A DNA stretch of 64,000 nt from Camelus ferus (lineage: Eukaryota): the NCBI RefSeq assembly GCF_009834535.1, contig NC_045697.1:92692001-92756000 (forward strand), read 5' to 3'. The notes beneath the pieces were generated by a model that was not told the DNA's origin, did no database searches, and saw only the letters and a list, made by a program, of their open reading frames with translations. A program made the translations under genes and the position numbers. Positions 1 through 12,969 of this stretch are shown in pieces. Each line of letters starts with the position of its first letter. Position 1 is the stretch's first letter.

Positions 1-112
1 GGCCTAAATATACCTACATAAAAACTAATAAATCAAGCAAACCAAGTTATTAGAAAAGGATGGAAAGATTTGAACCACTGAATTAGTCCAGTAGGTAGGT
101 CTTAATAAGAAG

Positions 113-1451
113 GTGATTTGTAGTTCTCTGATAATTAACGATATTGAGCATTTTCATGTGCCTATTGATAATCTGTATGTCTTCATTGGAAAAATATCTA
201 TTTACGTCTTCTGCCCATTTTTTGATTGGGTTGTTTGTTTTTCGGATATTGAGATATATAAGCTGTTTGTGTATTTTGGAAACTAATTTCTTATTGGTCA
301 CATCGTTTGCAAATATTCTCTCCCATTCTGTAGCTTGTCTTTTTGTTTTGTTTATGGTTTCCTTTGTTGTGCAAAAGCTTGTAAGTTTAATTAGGTCCCA
401 TTTGTTAATTTTTGCTTTTATTTCTGTTGCCTGGGTAGACGGCCCTAGGAGAACATTCGCCTATGTTCTCTTCTAGGAGGTTTAGAGATATATGGTGTCC
501 TGTCTTATGTTTAAGTCTTAAATCCATTTGGAGTTTATTTTTGTATATGGTGTGAGGGAGTGGCTGTCCAATTTTCCCAACACCGCTTGCCTAAGAGACT
601 GTCTTTTCTCCATTGTGTATTCCTCCCTCCATTGTTGAAGATTGATTGACCATAGGTGTGTGAGTTTATTTCTGGGCTTTCTATTCTGTCCCATTGATCC
701 ATGTCTGTTTTTATGCCAATACCATGTGGTTTTAATTACTGTAGCTTTGTAGTATTGTCTGAATATTGGCCTCCATATGCCTCCAGCTTCATTTTTTTTT
801 TTTTTTCCAGTATCGCTTTGACAATTCTAGGTCTTTTTGTGACTCTGTATAAATTTTGGGATTATTTGTCCTATTCCTGGGGAAAATGTCCTGGGTAATT
901 TGATAGGGATTGCACTAAATTTGTAGATTGCTTTGGGTAATGTGGCTATTTTAACAGTATTAATTCTTTCAATCCAAGAACATGGGGTATTTTTCCATTT
1001 CTTTGAAATGTAACTCAAAGCTACAATGAGGTATCACCTCTCATTGGCCATCATAAAAAGTCCATGAATGCTGGAGAGGGTGTGGAGAAAAGGGAACCCT
1101 CCTACACTGTTGGTAGGAATGTAATTTGGTGCAGCCATTAAGGACAAGTATGGAGGTTCCTTAAAAAACTATAAATAGACTTACCCTATGATCCAACAAT
1201 CCTACTCCTGGGCTTATATCTGGAGAATACTTTAATTTGAAAAGATACAAGGACCCCAATGCTCACAGCAACACTATTTACAATAACCAAGACTTTGAAG
1301 CAGCCTAAATGTCCATTGACAAATGGTTGGATAAAGAAGATGTGGTGTGTATATTATATATAAATATATAATGGAATACTACTCAGCTATAAAAAAGAAT
1401 GAAATAATGCCATTTACAGCAACCTGGATGGACCTAGAGATTATCATACTA
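113..1451 (+). mobile_element. Relatively young L1 (ORF2 3' region), 5'-inverted: about 113-1010 on the minus strand, about 1014-1451 on the plus strand
   Basis: Minus ORFs give L1 ORF2 motifs ([52 protein letters not shown]). Plus ORF 1347..1550 gives MEYYSAIKKNEIMPFTATWMDLEIIIL, the L1 ORF2 C-terminus. Confidence 0.92.
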
Positions 1452-1679
1452 GTAATAAAAGGCGTGAAGGGCCAAAGAAAAAAATGTTGTTTAGAGTCAC
1501 TGACTTACGATAGTTTGTTATGCAGCATTATTGTGGCAAGTTGTAGCTGACACTTTTGGAGTACCAATAAGCTAACAACTGGGATTCAACTGTATGGCAG
1601 TCATTGAATATGAAGTCTGCAAAATATTTTTTTTCTCTCTCTTTTTCTCCCTTTTTCAGAGAAATCATTTGCCCCTCCA

Positions 1680-2720
1680 CAATGGAAAAGGTGCAGTGTA
1701 CATTTTTTCCCTAGATGGTGCTCTGGATCTTCTGTAAAATTATACCTTATTTATCTGGTGTGTTCATTGTTCCTAGAGAATAAGGGTTTTTATCCCTTGA
1801 CCTCTGGTGCCAAAGTCAGTGCAGGTAAGAGTGCTGCTTCTTCCTCCATGTACTACCAGACATCTGGCAAATGCCTCTCTTTCTGCCCTGTGCAGTCCTA
1901 TATAGCTCTGCCTCTTTGCAGATTACCCGGCAGTGGAAAGCAGCTCCATGTTGGTAGGCAAGGCTTTGCATTCATTTTTACATTTGACTACCCACTTTCT
2001 TGCTGCACAGCCAAGCAAACCTCCAGTGTTTCTGGCTCACTCAAAGCTCTATATGGAATAGGAAGTTCCCTATTGCTGAGACCGTTTGTTTTAGTTCTGG
2101 GAACTGCACAGCCACTGTAGCATTGCCTTCTAGCTATGGCAGTGGAATTTGCTGTCCCACTGCCATCATAGCATCCCTTTCTGCTCCTACCCGGAGGTGA
2201 ATAGGCAATAGTCAAATCACCATTCATGGATTTGTTCCAATTTTACTTCTGATTGTTCAGCCTCATTAACAGATAGGACATGGAAAGACCTTACTCTTAC
2301 CAGCCCATCACTTGGGCCAAAGCTTTTCCTACCCAGTCCCAGGGAATGTGCCCATATCCCCAAATCCAGTTTGCAGGGCCCTTGCGCTTCTTGTGATTTA
2401 GTCATTTTAAACATGGCATGCTTATCAACATGCTATACTCATCCCCAAAATTGTTGGGGCTAGAATTCAATTTTAGCCTTCTTCCAACCAAATATGTTAG
2501 CCTGTTACTATTTGCCAATGTAGGAAGAAGACAGGAGACTCCTGAATTAGACTCAAAAGACAGTACAGCAAGCATCATGAACATCAACCCCCTTCCTGCC
2601 GAGTCCCATGGGGGCAATGTGGGAGCTGGGGGGCTGGTAGATGGATACTGCACATGCAGTAGGTTTGCACCATAGAGGAGAAATACTGACCGGGAAATAC
2701 ACATCTTTCAGAGTAAACAG
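1680..2720 (-). mobile_element. Decayed class III (ERVL-like) retroviral internal sequence, gag relic
   Basis: GC-richer island. The minus strand reads MLQWL, then after a frameshift AVPRTKTNGLSNRELPIPYRAL, resembling the ERVL gag motif WL..GVPR..IDG.....LL.LY. Boundaries uncertain. Confidence 0.45.
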
Positions 2721-3239
2721 TAAAGAAGCCTGAGGGTGACATCACATCAACCCTCAAAGTTGCTCACAGCAAACACAACTTTGAAAAATGTCCCAGGAGC
2801 ATAAATGGTCAAGCCTTGCAACCTTGGCACACAGGTGTGTAGGGGTGCTCTGAGTTCATGGCAGACTGCCTCTCCCAACACACATAATATTCCACATTTC
2901 CCCAGGAATCCCAAGTCTCATTTACCATTAGTCTGTGCAGGCCGAGTAATAAAACAAGAAAAAAAAATGTGTAGAAAATTGCACAGGAGATCAAATATTG
3001 GCATTAATTTTGAATACTTGTAAACCTGAAAAATATTAGAGTTGACCTAAATTCCATTATATATACATATATATATGCACAGATATACATGCATGTCAAT
3101 GTATATATATTTATAAGTTCTGAAATGTGTTTTATATATAAATATTTATAAATATTGTATATATCATAAGCTTTCCTATATAGGAAAACATGTCAGAAAA
3201 AGTGTTTTCTTTATATAGCAAAATTATTAAAGTTTTTTT

Positions 3240-3480
3240 TTAATTTTATAAAAAATGTGAGGATAAACCTGCATGAAGAATATAACTTCAACTCGGTGAA
3301 GAACATAAAGGCAATTCAAAATAAATGAAAAGAAATATTAAGTTATAAATATTTTACTTCTTCCAAAGTTAATCTTTTAATTTAATGCAATTTTAATCAA
3401 AACCCCAATAGAATTCTGTACTAGAGCTTGACCTATGTATTCTAAGGTTCACTTGGAGTTACGAATTTGTGAGAATTGTC
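3240..3480 (+). mobile_element. Old L1 (L1M-type) ORF2 fragment
   Basis: ttcttccaaagttaatc...tttaatgcaattttaatcaaaacccca...cttgac...attctaaggttcacttgga resembles the ORF2 region coding LPKLIY.FNAIPIKIP. Confidence 0.65.
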
Positions 3481-3482
3481 AC

Positions 3483-3531
3483 TTGTGGGCCCAATGGAAT
3501 TGAACTAGTAACCTGAATATCAGTAGCATGC
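3483..3531 (-). mobile_element. tRNA-Ile-derived SINE head fragment (MamSINE1-like) or tRNA pseudogene fragment
   Basis: Minus strand GCATGCTACTGATATTCAGGTTACTAGTTCAATTCCATTGGGCCC resembles the 3' half of tRNA-Ile(AAT) with a B-box-like GTTCAATTCC. Short and diverged. Confidence 0.35.
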
Positions 3532-4039
3532 ATAAAGGTATGAATTTCAAGAAATGAAAATAGGCTATTTGAAATTCATGCTTTCCTAAGAACAGTGGCC
3601 ATTATCTGATTTCAAAGGTAAAAACGGATACTTTTTCTGTAGGATAATGACAGACTTCAATCTCAGATGTGATATTTCCTTTCAGAGAATCCATTATTCA
3701 CACTTTTATATTCAATCCTCGTATGATGTTATAGTACTTCTTGAAAGCAATCCTCTTAATAGAGAGTTTGATTACATGAAAAACACAGTAGATTATAATA
3801 CAACCTAGTTAACTTACGTTAGGCAGATAGCAGCAGCATATTCATCCTGAACTTATTGTATTAATGTTGTTTATTCACAGTGTATAAAAATCTAAGCTTC
3901 CAAAATCCAAATTCCTGCTTTTTCTATTCATAATAGAAAGAAAATAGCATACAACTAAAACAGTCCCTTTTTTACAAGAATAAAGCTGTGTGTGTGTGTG
4001 TTGCATGGTCACTTGCTATATGATGTTAAAATTAATTAT

Positions 4040-4860
4040 ATAATGGTAATATGGGTTAGAAAAAAATCTACTGACTGATAGAATGATTAATAGACATTTA
4101 AATGAGTATATAATTGTATACACATTTACATGTAATATATATCTAAACATAACATAATTCAGTTTTGTGAAAAACTGAGTATGTTTAAAGAAAAGTGAAA
4201 TTATAACCCTAATAACCACTAGTATATAAATTCTATTTATTAAATGCAAAAATAGCTTATAGAAGTACTGAATGAAACATTAGCAAATATTCACATATTA
4301 AAAAGGTGAATGTCTTTTTTGGCATTATATTCAATTTACAAATTATAGTAGAAATAGTGAAAGATGTGGCTGTGTAAAATTATAAATTATGTTCCATTAA
4401 ATACCACACAGTGTAGAGTCAAATGATGAAAAAAGTAACATAAATGGAATATGTGTGACCTTTATTATTTTAACAAATAATTAGGAAAACATCAAATACC
4501 ATACAGAATGCTGAGAATAAATAATGAAAAGACAACTTACGGAGGAAGACAATGAGTCAACAAATCTACGTGAACATTTCCAAACTATTCAAAGTTAAAC
4601 TTAAAAATAATAAAATACAAACAAGAAGCTACTTTTTGCTTTTGCCTATCAAAGTGGCTTTTTTTTTTAAAGAATGGTACAAATCATTGCTGATAAATGT
4701 GATACGACAGGATTGTATTTTGATTTTACATTATCTGCACTGTTAAAATATGTCTGGAAATCTGTGTAAATACACAAATTTTCATTGCCATGTATTGCCA
4801 GGTGTTTCATGGCAAAGCTTTGAAATACATAATAGTAGATTTTTTCCACTGCCATTCATA
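4040..4860 (+). mobile_element. Very old L1 (L1ME-like) ORF2/3' remnant
   Basis: A-rich, with scattered L1-like words (aaaagacaacttacggaggaagac; ttttgcctatcaaagtggc). Confidence 0.45.
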
Positions 4861-5439
4861 ACTGCTTTCTCTTCTTACTTTCCCTCCTTTCTTTCCTACC
4901 CCCCACCCTTCCTTTCTTCCTTCCTTCTTTCCTTGCAAGAGAGGTCACTTTAGATATACATTTAAAGAAGTTCTTTTCCCCTTTAGATATCCATGTTCTT
5001 TACCAAACTCTGGGCACTGTTGTACTAAAAGAGTATCTAGTTCTAAGACTTAAGTTGAAACATTGCTTTATCTCTTAACTTGGTTTTAAATTGCATCAAA
5101 TCCTAGATGCCCTTTTTTGATTTATCTTTTCTCATTTTATAATTTGTAATTAAACTTATTATATATCTGTTTATATTTATATAGGTGGTAGAACAGCTCC
5201 ACAATATAATTTGTGAATGTAGAAATGCTTAGAACAATGCCTGGTACAATAAATGTTGGGTATGTTGAGTATTACAATATAAATTTTAAAAATGCATATG
5301 TAAATATAATCACTGACTAGGAGAGGCAAAATGAAAACATACGGATCTAGGTATCTTTACAGATTGTACCAGAAGCCATAATATTAGAAAGTCTCCATGA
5401 TTACTAACAAGATGTACATATGGTATGTACGCTGTTCTA

Positions 5440-5630
5440 GTGAGATTTTACCATGAAACGGATGAAGCTCAAACTTCAGGTCACTTCACTTGAACAGGCT
5501 CCTTCTTTTTAAGTTCTTATATCTAAGATTAAAAATTTGTTTATACATTTTTTCTCTTAAGGATTTCACCCTGCATATACTGCAATTACATTAATTTCAG
5601 TCCCTTCAAAACCTTGCTTCACTTCCCTGC
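5440..5630 (+). mobile_element. hAT-Tip100 MITE (MER69A/Arthur1-like)
   Basis: Begins gagattttaccatgaaacggatgaagctcaaacttcagg and ends ttcagtcccttcaaaaccttgcttcacttccctg, matching both remembered consensus ends. Confidence 0.65.
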
Positions 5631-6829
5631 CTCAGAGTACATGTCTTCATATCATGCATGTCAGTTAAAAAAAGGAAAGATGAGTCCAGCAATACATACC
5701 TCAATTTAAAGAATGGATGTGCTAAAAAGCATAAGTCTTATTACTTGGGAAACTTGGAATACCAGATAATAAGCGACCTGGTTGCTGCTAACAACTAAAA
5801 CAAAATCCAAGCCAAGTTTCAGTCTTCCTCATTAAGACATAAGTGACATTAGAACAAATCAGTCAATATTTTTTAGACTGCACTACCTTATCTATTTAAT
5901 CATCATTTTGACAACATTAATGAAAGTAAGAAAAGAATCTAGCTCCAATATAGATGGGTGCTGTAGCATCAAAGTGTTACATGCTCAGGCCTCAACATAT
6001 ACACATCAAAAATGTGTCATGTTCTATTCTCTTGAATGAGAATCATTCCACCTGCTGAGGGCTAACTTTTATGAGTCTCACAATTCATCATTTGTTCCTT
6101 TGTACTTACCAAACATGTTTTTATCACCATAAATCTTAAAGAGCTTAGTCACTCAGTAAATCACTTATGGCTCAAGAAGCTTTCTCATATCTAATTCTGT
6201 TGCCACTGACTTGGCTTAAAAATCAGATCTCATAAGATATAAATAATACCAGAGACATTTTCTGTTGAATATACATTTTTGGAAAGATAAACCATTATTT
6301 TAATGAATGGATAATTGTTTTGCTTATACTTCAGTAAGTGTATGATCTTCATCAAACTTTCAATATTCTTTAAGCCTATTTCATCATTGTTATAATAATG
6401 CTGCTTACTTTATTGGGTCATTGTGAGGCTTAAACTAGATAATATTAAGTCAGGCTGATCAGGAACATGCTATAAATGTTAGTTATTATTAATCATTTAT
6501 TTATGTTTCTAATAGAAGACAAAATGATTAAGATTATCTAAACTCTTTGAGGGTGGATGCACAAAGGTAAAAAGGGAAATACAAATATAATTGAACAGTG
6601 GGATTTAAATGTTGACCCTGACTATTTAGAGCTATGTTATGATGTGTGAGTAAAAAGTTTCAAACGAGAATTTTGGATATTAGAGGAGACATTTAAATCT
6701 AACTTAATTGATAAGTTTTTTAATTAATAAAAACAAATAGTAACAAGTAAAACAGTGAATATATGTATCCTGAATTATTCTTAAGTTCTTTTCATATAAA
6801 AATATATGAATGCTATATAAAACTGAGAT

Positions 6830-7266
6830 AGTAGTTGAGTCTGGCCATGAATAATAAACATTTGAAAAAATAGTTGAATAAAAGATGCCAAACAAGTTGA
6901 ACATTTATTTTTCTTTCCTTTATAATTTCAAATATGTACTCCAAGTTTGGTATGACTCACAATCCTTCTACTCCGGTATTTCATTATATATGTTCTAAAC
7001 CTCATAATCCAATCTAGCAACACTCATATTACAAGCAGTAGGTAAGAAAAGAGACAAGCAGGGACCAACAGTGGTCTCAGCTGTCGTAATGGATGTGCCT
7101 ATAAGCCTCCCCAAACACTTTCGCATAATGACAGTCATATTTGTTGCAAAGGGGGCTGTGAAATGTATTCTTTAATACTCAGGGAGTAGTCTTATGACCC
7201 TCTGAAAATTGTATTACTACTGAAGAAGCAGAAACAGATTGGAGACATAACTTTTGGTCTCAACCA
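6830..7266 (-). mobile_element. Old MaLR LTR (MLT1J/K-like)
   Basis: gttgcaaagggggctgtgaaatgtattcttt...tattactactgaagaagcagaaacagattggag...ggtctcaacca matches the reverse-complemented MLT1J 5' end. Confidence 0.6.
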
Positions 7267-7859
7267 AAGTGAGGCATTATCTTCCAACATTTAAGTACCC
7301 ACTGTGTGATTGTATCCTGTGATTACTTATCTAAGCTTAACTCCAGACTTAAACCTGTGACCCATTAAAAGATGGTTCTAGCTACAGTTAGTTTTACAAT
7401 GTCTTTAAAGACTGATGTAACTAAAAACTATAAAACATTTTATAAAGGATTGCTTCCTTCAAGAGCTGAAATCAATAAAAGAAGGTAATACTTTTCATTT
7501 AGTTTTGAACAATAAATTTGATAAACACATTAATTTTTTTTAACAAGACTTCTTACTAAACACTGTGGAGGATGAATGCCTGGAAATGTCAATATTAACT
7601 GCACTTAATTGAAAAGTACACGAGGAAAAATAAGTAACAAGTAAAACCAGTTTAAGTCAGTGAAGGAGGCACATTCCTATAAATAGATATTTAATGTATT
7701 TTATTTATTGGATTTTATATTGATTTTGGTTAAAAATAGATTTGAATTTTAACATTTTTAAAACATAACTTAATTATCAGTCTTTGCCTTGACATGCCTT
7801 CAGCCAATTAAAGAGTATAGGGGCTAGGACATCTATAACCTTACCTAAAATCACAAATT

Positions 7860-7978
7860 CCCTTTTTTCCCCCCTTCCTTCCTCCCTCCGTCCCTCACTT
7901 TTTCCTTCCCTCCCTTTCTCACTTTTTGATTCATTCCCTCCCTCCCTTCTTCCTTCCTCCTTTCTTTCTTTCTTTCTT
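7860..7978. repeat. Pyrimidine-rich (CCTT/CCCT/CTTT)n simple repeat
   Basis: Directly visible. Confidence 0.9.
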
Positions 7979-8854
7979 ATTATAATTATTTAAACTGACT
8001 ATCCATAAAGAGAAACATATTCTTAAATTTACACACTGTTGAGCTTCAGTGTTCTTTTTGTTAAAGATACTCGATGAGCAAGGATTTTGTTACTATAAAT
8101 GGTAGCCATATGTTATTTATCCATTTTTCATAAATAATTGTACATTCCAAATAATTGAAGAAGAAATGTAACTTTCAGGGGTCTGACCTGAGGGAGTGGG
8201 GGAATGGAAACACTACGACACAGGCTGCAGATAATTTTCTCTGTGTGTTTGAGGGACTGAGTTCCAGCCCTTCTGTTCTTTTATAGAAGAAGCAAACCTC
8301 CAGTACCTTTGTAGTAACCAGTTAACATGTGTAACTCTGGAATCCTCTGCAAGTATATGTGACAAAACTCTGCAGAATTACGTGGGCCATTCTTTCACAT
8401 GGAAACATTATTCATCTTTGATTTTAACTAAATCCTCGTGAGAATTTGTCAGAAGTCTCAAAACACCTTGCCTGTCGTAATCCCTTATTACTGCTTCATT
8501 ATGGATAACCAAGTCAGTGGGATAGCTCACCAGCATCTGTTTTGATTCCTTCCACATTTGTATAACTGGCTGAGCTATTCAAACTAACTTCATAAAGTTC
8601 TGTAGTTGGGTCTTAGTTTATTGATTAGCCTTATTCTCAGCAGCTCATGACATTTTAATACAGGGAGAGTAATGTATGTTTCTTTTTTGATACTTATTAA
8701 CTCTGATTATTAAAAGAGATCTTTCAGCAAAACTTACTTAAAAGCAAAACCTCAAATTATTTTATCAATGCTTTGATGTAGCCTCTCCTGTTTTCTCTTT
8801 GTGTTTTAATTTGCATCATGAAAAAGTAGGTTATAGATATCTTCTCAACAGTGG

Positions 8855-9085
8855 CCTATGGATGGTGAAAAGTGTGGACTATGGTAGCACACAGTTTGGG
8901 GTTTAGATACTGTCTTTGCTCTTCACTAGCCATGTGACCTTGGACATATTTATTTACCTGTACAATGAGAATAATAATAATCTTTACCTGATTTAGTTAC
9001 TATAAAAATAAATTGTGTAACAGTTAAAAAGCTCAGCGTAGTGTTTAATATACAGTGAACACTCAACAAATGTTTGCCATTATAA
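8855..9085 (+). mobile_element. MIR SINE, followed by an AAT/AGT low-complexity tail to about 9175
   Basis: cttcactagccatgtgaccttggaca core; tgtacaatgagaataataataat; cactcaacaaatgtttgccattat end. Confidence 0.85.
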
Positions 9086-10326
9086 TTACTAATAGTAGTA
9101 ATAATGATAGTAATATTTGTGGCAATAGCAATAATAGTAATGGTAGTAGTGATTTTGGCAGTAATCGTAGCAGAATAATTCTTTCAGAGTTAGAAGCTCA
9201 TGATTCTGAGCTTCTTGCAAAGTATTAATTTTCTACCTAATTCTAGAATTTTAAATATTAAAAACTATGTATTTAAATTATCAACAATTTCTAATGCTAA
9301 TCTTTGAAATCTGAGAGCCTAAAATTTGAATGAATACAATATTTTAGACAGCATAGAAAAGCAACCTGCGTGAAATCTAACCAAAATGTGTACTTTTTTG
9401 TGTATGGGTATACATATAGATTAATTGTGCATAAAAATTTGTGGTGACATTTTTGTCCTTATAGATGACCAGTCCCTGAATAAAACTTTATTACATATTT
9501 GATGCTGTATTTTGTAACAAATCTTTATTCCTAAACCAAGCAATTCATTTGATAAGCAACCACTGGAGTTGAAAAATGACACTTAGATTACATATCAAAG
9601 GCTCCAAGCTATACCTGTCTCTTCGGATGCTTCTCTTTTTTTTTTAATTGTTTTTAAGTGTAAACTCACCTTCTTCCATACTGATGTAATATATTAAAAT
9701 AATCAAATGTAATGCTGTCATTGTTTCATAAGTAAACATCTCTATTACAAATATTCTTGAGAGTTTCATCATATTAGATTTTCTGTTGAATCACAAAGTA
9801 TGTTTCAATTTAAAAATATAAATTCCAAGCTTGTTTAATTCTTCAACATCTTTCAGCAACTTAAAACAAATTCTGTATCCCTAGTGCCTTCTTTTTTGAT
9901 GAATAGTAGAGCATATTTTTTGCTCTCACCCCCTTAACAGCTGTCTCGTGTTCTTTCCATCTCCACTCTAAGTTAAAACATAATTATAAATCCTTTTAAT
10001 GGGTGTACTGTAGCCTTGATTTTATATTGTAACCAAGATATTTTATGGCATGTCTGGGAATATACACCTTTCCAAATTCTTTGCCAAATATTAGTTAGTA
10101 ATTTTATAGCATGGTTACAAGGACCAAGGGAATACACTTTTAAAAGGAAATATTAAGGGGCCCCTGTCACCATATTTTGGGTTTTAACTCTACAAAGTGT
10201 GCTAAATTGAGCATTACATTTTCACCCATAAGGAAGTAAGGAACATGTTGCACTTCAGGCGAAACTTCAATAATAGCCTCTTCACTTGCATTCTCCTTCC
10301 ACATCTATAAAATATTATCTCTCTCG

Positions 10327-10588
10327 TTTTTTTTTTTTTTTTGGTAGGAGACTCAACATTTTATTTTTTGAGGTTTCATTTTATTTTTTTTTAATTGAAG
10401 CATAGTCAGTTACAGTGTTTCAATTTCTGGTGTACAGCACTATGTCCTAGTCATGCATATACATACATATATTTTTTTTCATATTCTTTTTTATTAAAGG
10501 TTATTACAAGATATTGAATATAGTTCCCAGAGCTATACAGAAGAAAATTTTAAAATCTATTTTTATATACAGTGACTGACATTTGCAG
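10327..10588 (-). mobile_element. Young 5'-truncated L1 3' end (camelid-type)
   Basis: T16 tail; attgaagcatagtcagttacagtgtttcaatttctggtgtacagca...ttacaagatattgaatatagttccc. Confidence 0.85.
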
Positions 10589-11269
10589 TTTGCTCTCCTT
10601 TAAATCTGTCTTCAGACATTTTACCACCTAGCTCCAATGCACACCATTTTAGCAAAACTAAATTCATGTCACTAAAATAGCTCTGTCATATTCAGTATAT
10701 TTTGTGAGTGATCAGATTTTGTTTTGTTCCTCGAAATTCTCCCAGAATCTTAACCTCCTCTTCCTCCCTCCTATATGATATGGTCAGCTCCAAATTATTC
10801 TCCATTTTTCCTCAAGGAGGCCTTCCCCTTCCACCTGTGGAAGACCTGCTCTCTCTATTACTGGTTCACATAGAGCCCCACAGAGCTTTCATCAAATAAC
10901 ATAACTAGTATTTGTCTTTATCACTAGATTCTTAAGGCTAAGGGGAGAACAGGGAGATTCTTGATCACTTCTGCTCATATTGGAAATACCAGGAGTTAAT
11001 ATAATACAGAGCTTATAGTAGCCACATTTATACAGTGAGTGAATTGTATGAGTTCTTACATCACATCAAGAAATTTTTTACTATTATTTTCCCTTTTATA
11101 ATAATAAACTATCAGCATTCCTATAATAGCTGTGTTTAAAACTAATTCCTTAAATCCACATTTGTGATAAGTGCTTTAAAAAACTATAATAGATACCTTC
11201 AACTTCACCTTATATTATAAACCCACCGTTCAATTGAATAAGATTCCGAGACCCTTTTTAACAGATTAT

Positions 11270-11720
11270 GTTAAAAATATTCTTGATTCCTTTTTCTCCA
11301 AAATGTATTCCTTCTCTTGATTTTTCTATTTAAAGCAAATAGTATTTCTCTTTAGCCAGTCATGTGAAAAGTCTTAGAGTTACCATGTTTCACTCATGCC
11401 CTCTCTCATGTTTTCCATCTAATCCATCAGAAAATACTGTTCGCTTGCACTTAAAATACAGATACTTATTAACTTTCTTTAAACCTCTACCACAAATGCC
11501 CTACTTGAAGCAAGCCTTAAATCTCCCCTGGAGAATTGCTTAACTTTCTAACTCATCAGATACTTCAAGCTCTCCCGCCACCAATTCTTGATTCCCACGC
11601 AGCAGTCAGAGCGAACCTTTTAAAACCTAAACCTGATTGTGTTACTTCTTTGCTCAAATCCCCATCACTCTTAAAATAAAATACACTAATTGGCTTACAT
11701 GTTTTTGGATGGTCTTACAT
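11270..11720 (+). mobile_element. L2 LINE fragment
   Basis: ccatctaatccatcagaaaatactgttcgct...cacgcagcagtcagagcgaaccttttaaaacctaaacctgattgtgttacttctttgctcaaa is typical L2. Confidence 0.8.
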
Positions 11721-12227
11721 ATAGGTGTGAGCACTAATTCTTTTTGTTGTTGTTGTTGTTATTGTTGTTATTTTAGTTTGCAGAGAATTTAACATGATAA
11801 ACATTCCATGAAAATGGTATGTTTAAATACTTGATGTAGCAAAAATAACTGTTCCATTCAATATAAGACATGTAGTGTCACTTTGTATTTGAGTTTTCTT
11901 CTCTGATTCAGTTGTCTTTCCATTTAAATATTTCTCTTTTGAGAATGAAGTAAATTAAGAGATTACACACACAGTCTTAGAAACATCGTGTCAGTTTATC
12001 ACTGAGAAAGTTTCTGTCCACTTCACACTCTCACTTTCTGGTGTTTGTTTATGCCCTGGATTCTTTTGAATTTTTCTCTGTCTTCTAGAACAATCTGTTT
12101 CAGGTTGTCTTTGCATAAGTTGAATGTTGTGTGGTCCTAGAAATGCCTGTTTTAATATAATTATTTCATGTTCAGCAAAATGTTCTTCTTCCATGTATCA
12201 CTGAGAAAGGGTCTTGAGTTGTTTTAC

Positions 12228-12400
12228 ACATTTATTTCCCAAAATATGTTACTTAAAACAAGAGTTCTGAGAAATCAGAAGGGGTTATGTAAGCAAATTA
12301 TTTCAGTGTATGTTACATTAAACAAAGTTAAGTAAGTCATTTTACTGTAGGACTTTTCAGCTTCTTTGAAATACTAATATGCTGAAGAGTACGTCATAGT
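12228..12400 (+). mobile_element. hAT-Charlie MITE (MER103C-like)
   Basis: tttcccaaaatatgtt...ttaaacaaagttaag...tttactgtaggacttttcagc...aatactaat. Confidence 0.65.
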
Positions 12401-12969
12401 GTTGTGTACTTGTTTCACATCTTGATGAAACAGTATGCTTCCAAAGGCACTACTTGACTCAAAAGGCAACCATTGACAAAAGGTTAACAAAGTGTTTAGA
12501 AACTTCAGCAAGAATCTGGGAAGACAAGAAAGACAAAACAAATATGGAACTGGGTTTGATGGGCTTGTTCTGGTATTACTATGGTAAGGGCCTTCCACAA
12601 TCCCTCGGAAGTCGATCAAGATTCTATTTTTAGTCATTCAAATATTAAAATATTTTTCCCACTTAGCAAAACTGTATTTGCTTTAGCAGTTAGTTAATTC
12701 ATGATTTATTATGAATATAAATAGAATATGAAATAGAATAATATTGCTTTTATATTTTACACATTGTGAAACTTTTCAAAGCAATATGCCATTTGTGCTA
12801 TAGCATGAAGGTAATAATTGTTCATTTTTATATTCCAAATTCAGTGCTAATTTCAGTGGGTTTTTATCTTCCTCTGAAATAAAATAGAAAGATTTATGCT
12901 GATTATCACAGGATCCTAAAATAATGTTTTCTTAATCTAAAACTATAAAAGATTACTTAGCATACTAAG

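Noticed and set aside
144..476. 110-aa hydrophobic ORF on the plus strand
   Set aside because: Antisense reading of L1 ORF2; the hydrophobicity comes from T-richness.
1707..1722. CTCF-like word tccctagatggtgctc
   Set aside because: Three mismatches to the core consensus and no supporting context.
1758..2120. 120-aa ORF
   Set aside because: Non-ATG start, antisense to the putative retroviral relic, and no recognisable domain.
3540..3579. 11-bp inverted repeat atgaatttcaa/ttgaaattcat
   Set aside because: AT-rich with an 18-nt loop; plausible by chance at this composition.
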